Shown here: piece by piece, positions 12,870 through 13,724 of the stretch
How the letters are laid out: every line of letters begins with the position of its first letter
Numbering within the stretch: the first letter of the stretch is position 1
The notes under the pieces: model-generated
Told to the model about the DNA's origin: nothing
Database searches by the model: none
Seen by the model: only the letters and a program-made list of their open reading frames with translations
Position numbers and translations under genes: made by a program
Origin: a virus
Lineage: Duplodnaviria; Heunggongvirae; Uroviricota; Caudoviricetes
Virus record (IMG/VR): IMGVR_UViG_3300047317_000139
Strand: one strand, 5' to 3'
Length of the DNA: 13,724 nt

Positions 12870-13003
12870 GCACTGCTGTAGCTGAGAAGCCCACCATCGG
12901 CATGCCGATCACGCACAAGATCTCCTGGGGGAGGTTCACCTGGGTGTGCGTCCACCCCTACTGCGATGGCTCGCACCACGTGTATGTGCGATGCGAGCAC
13001 TGA
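12866..13003 (+). CDS. Cys/His-rich microprotein (45 aa) containing PYCDGSH
   Basis: GTG 12866 in a GTGA overlap with the helicase stop; bridges to the primase start. Confidence 0.5.
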   Translation: MSTAVAEKPTIGMPITHKISWGRFTWVCVHPYCDGSHHVYVRCEH

Positions 13004-13724
13004 CTCTCGCTGAGGCCCTCCGGTACGGCCGGGGGGTCGAGAGGTCCTTCCTCTGCCCCGAGCACGGTGACAGCCGTCCCAGCGCCTCGGTGAACATCAT
13101 CAAGGGGAAGTGGTACTGCTACACCTGCCACGCCACCGGCGACCTGGGTGGTGAGGCCCGACTGGCCGAGCCGGATTACCAGCAGATGAAGCTCTGGGTC
13201 GACAACAAGCTGGCCGAGGGAGAGGTGTTCCCCGAGTCCTGGCTGTCCCGCTGGGATGCCGGCCCGGTTCACCCATATTGGGTAGAGCGGGTGGGCGAGG
13301 CGGCAGCCCGTGCCTTCCGGCTCGGGTACGACCCAGAGACACGAGCCGCCACCTACCCGCTTCGTGACCCAGCCGGGAGGGTACTGGGGGTTGTACGACG
13401 GTCCTTGGGGGGTGACGGACCGAAGTACAGGTACCCGCATGGGGTCGACGTGGGTCGTCTGCTCTTCCATTACACACCCGAGCACCGCGAGGCGGTGGTG
13501 TTGGTCGAGGGAGCGCTGGACGCGATCGCGCTCTGGAACGTCGGAGTGGATGCCTTCGCCATCTACGGCAGCCGACTGTCGGTGGATCAGGTCAGACTGA
13601 TCGACAGGATCGACCCCGAACGGGTCTACACCTGCTACGACATGGACGACGCCGGCTGGGAGGCACACCGGATGACCGAGTGGTCGTTCAAGCACCGGCT
13701 GGTGACCCGACTGACCTGGCCCAA
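12991..13724 (+). CDS. dnaG: DnaG-type DNA primase, 3' end beyond window
   Basis: Hand translation: Zn-binding CPEHGDSRPSASVN...WYCYTCHATG; TOPRIM LVEGALD and YDMDDAG (DxD). Frame open to the window end, so absent from the ORF track. Confidence 0.93.
   Translation, partial: MRALTLAEALRYGRGVERSFLCPEHGDSRPSASVNIIKGKWYCYTCHATGDLGGEARLAEPDYQQMKLWVDNKLAEGEVFPESWLSRWDAGPVHPYWVERVGEAAARAFRLGYDPETRAATYPLRDPAGRVLGVVRRSLGGDGPKYRYPHGVDVGRLLFHYTPEHREAVVLVEGALDAIALWNVGVDAFAIYGSRLSVDQVRLIDRIDPERVYTCYDMDDAGWEAHRMTEWSFKHRLVTRLTWP

Larger units (their letters stand above)
1..13724. mobile_element. Actinobacteriophage (or prophage) genomic segment: early/accessory gene array plus replication genes
   Basis: High GC; dense array of small, overlap-coupled hypothetical genes; phage-style DnaB + DnaG pair; actinobacterial-type SD (GAAAGG/AGGAG) and TAnnnT promoters; no host housekeeping genes. 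Confidence 0.85.

Noticed and set aside
12860-13010. Programmed frameshift fusing helicase, microprotein and primase
   Set aside because: No slippery heptamer seen; the primase frame has a stop at 12883-12885 and its own ATG at 12991.
11424-13695. Minus-strand ORFs such as 11424..11876 and 12958..13695
   Set aside because: Antisense to helicase/primase, which carry clear catalytic motifs.

Overview
A high-GC segment of a tailed actinobacteriophage genome (or prophage). Host and taxonomy cannot be fixed from the window, and no integrase, repressor or structural genes are present. Bases 1-9231 are a leftward array of about 30 small, mostly unknown genes, largely coupled by ATGA/GTGA/TGATG overlaps and punctuated by hairpin-rich intergenic gaps. 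A divergent control region (about 9250-9610) is followed by mostly rightward genes: a 2-TM membrane protein, a membrane-anchored collagen-like protein, small hypothetical genes, a DnaB-like helicase and a DnaG-type primase that runs off the right edge. The main finding is a duplicated two-gene module at 2521-4667. Each copy has a small protein with ubiquitin-like (beta-grasp) strand/helix order ending in Q-x-V-G-G, coupled to a partner with a conserved N-I...D-A-x-G...C motif. This is a candidate phage-encoded ubiquitin-like conjugation or decoy system, inferred rather than shown. Also notable: a secreted BLIP-like protein, a recurring hairpin-CATG(T/C)CC-RBS cassette, two promoter-hairpin-terminator leaders, a start-associated repeat, and a CDGSH-motif microprotein between helicase and primase. 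All family assignments are from recognising motifs by eye; no searches were run.
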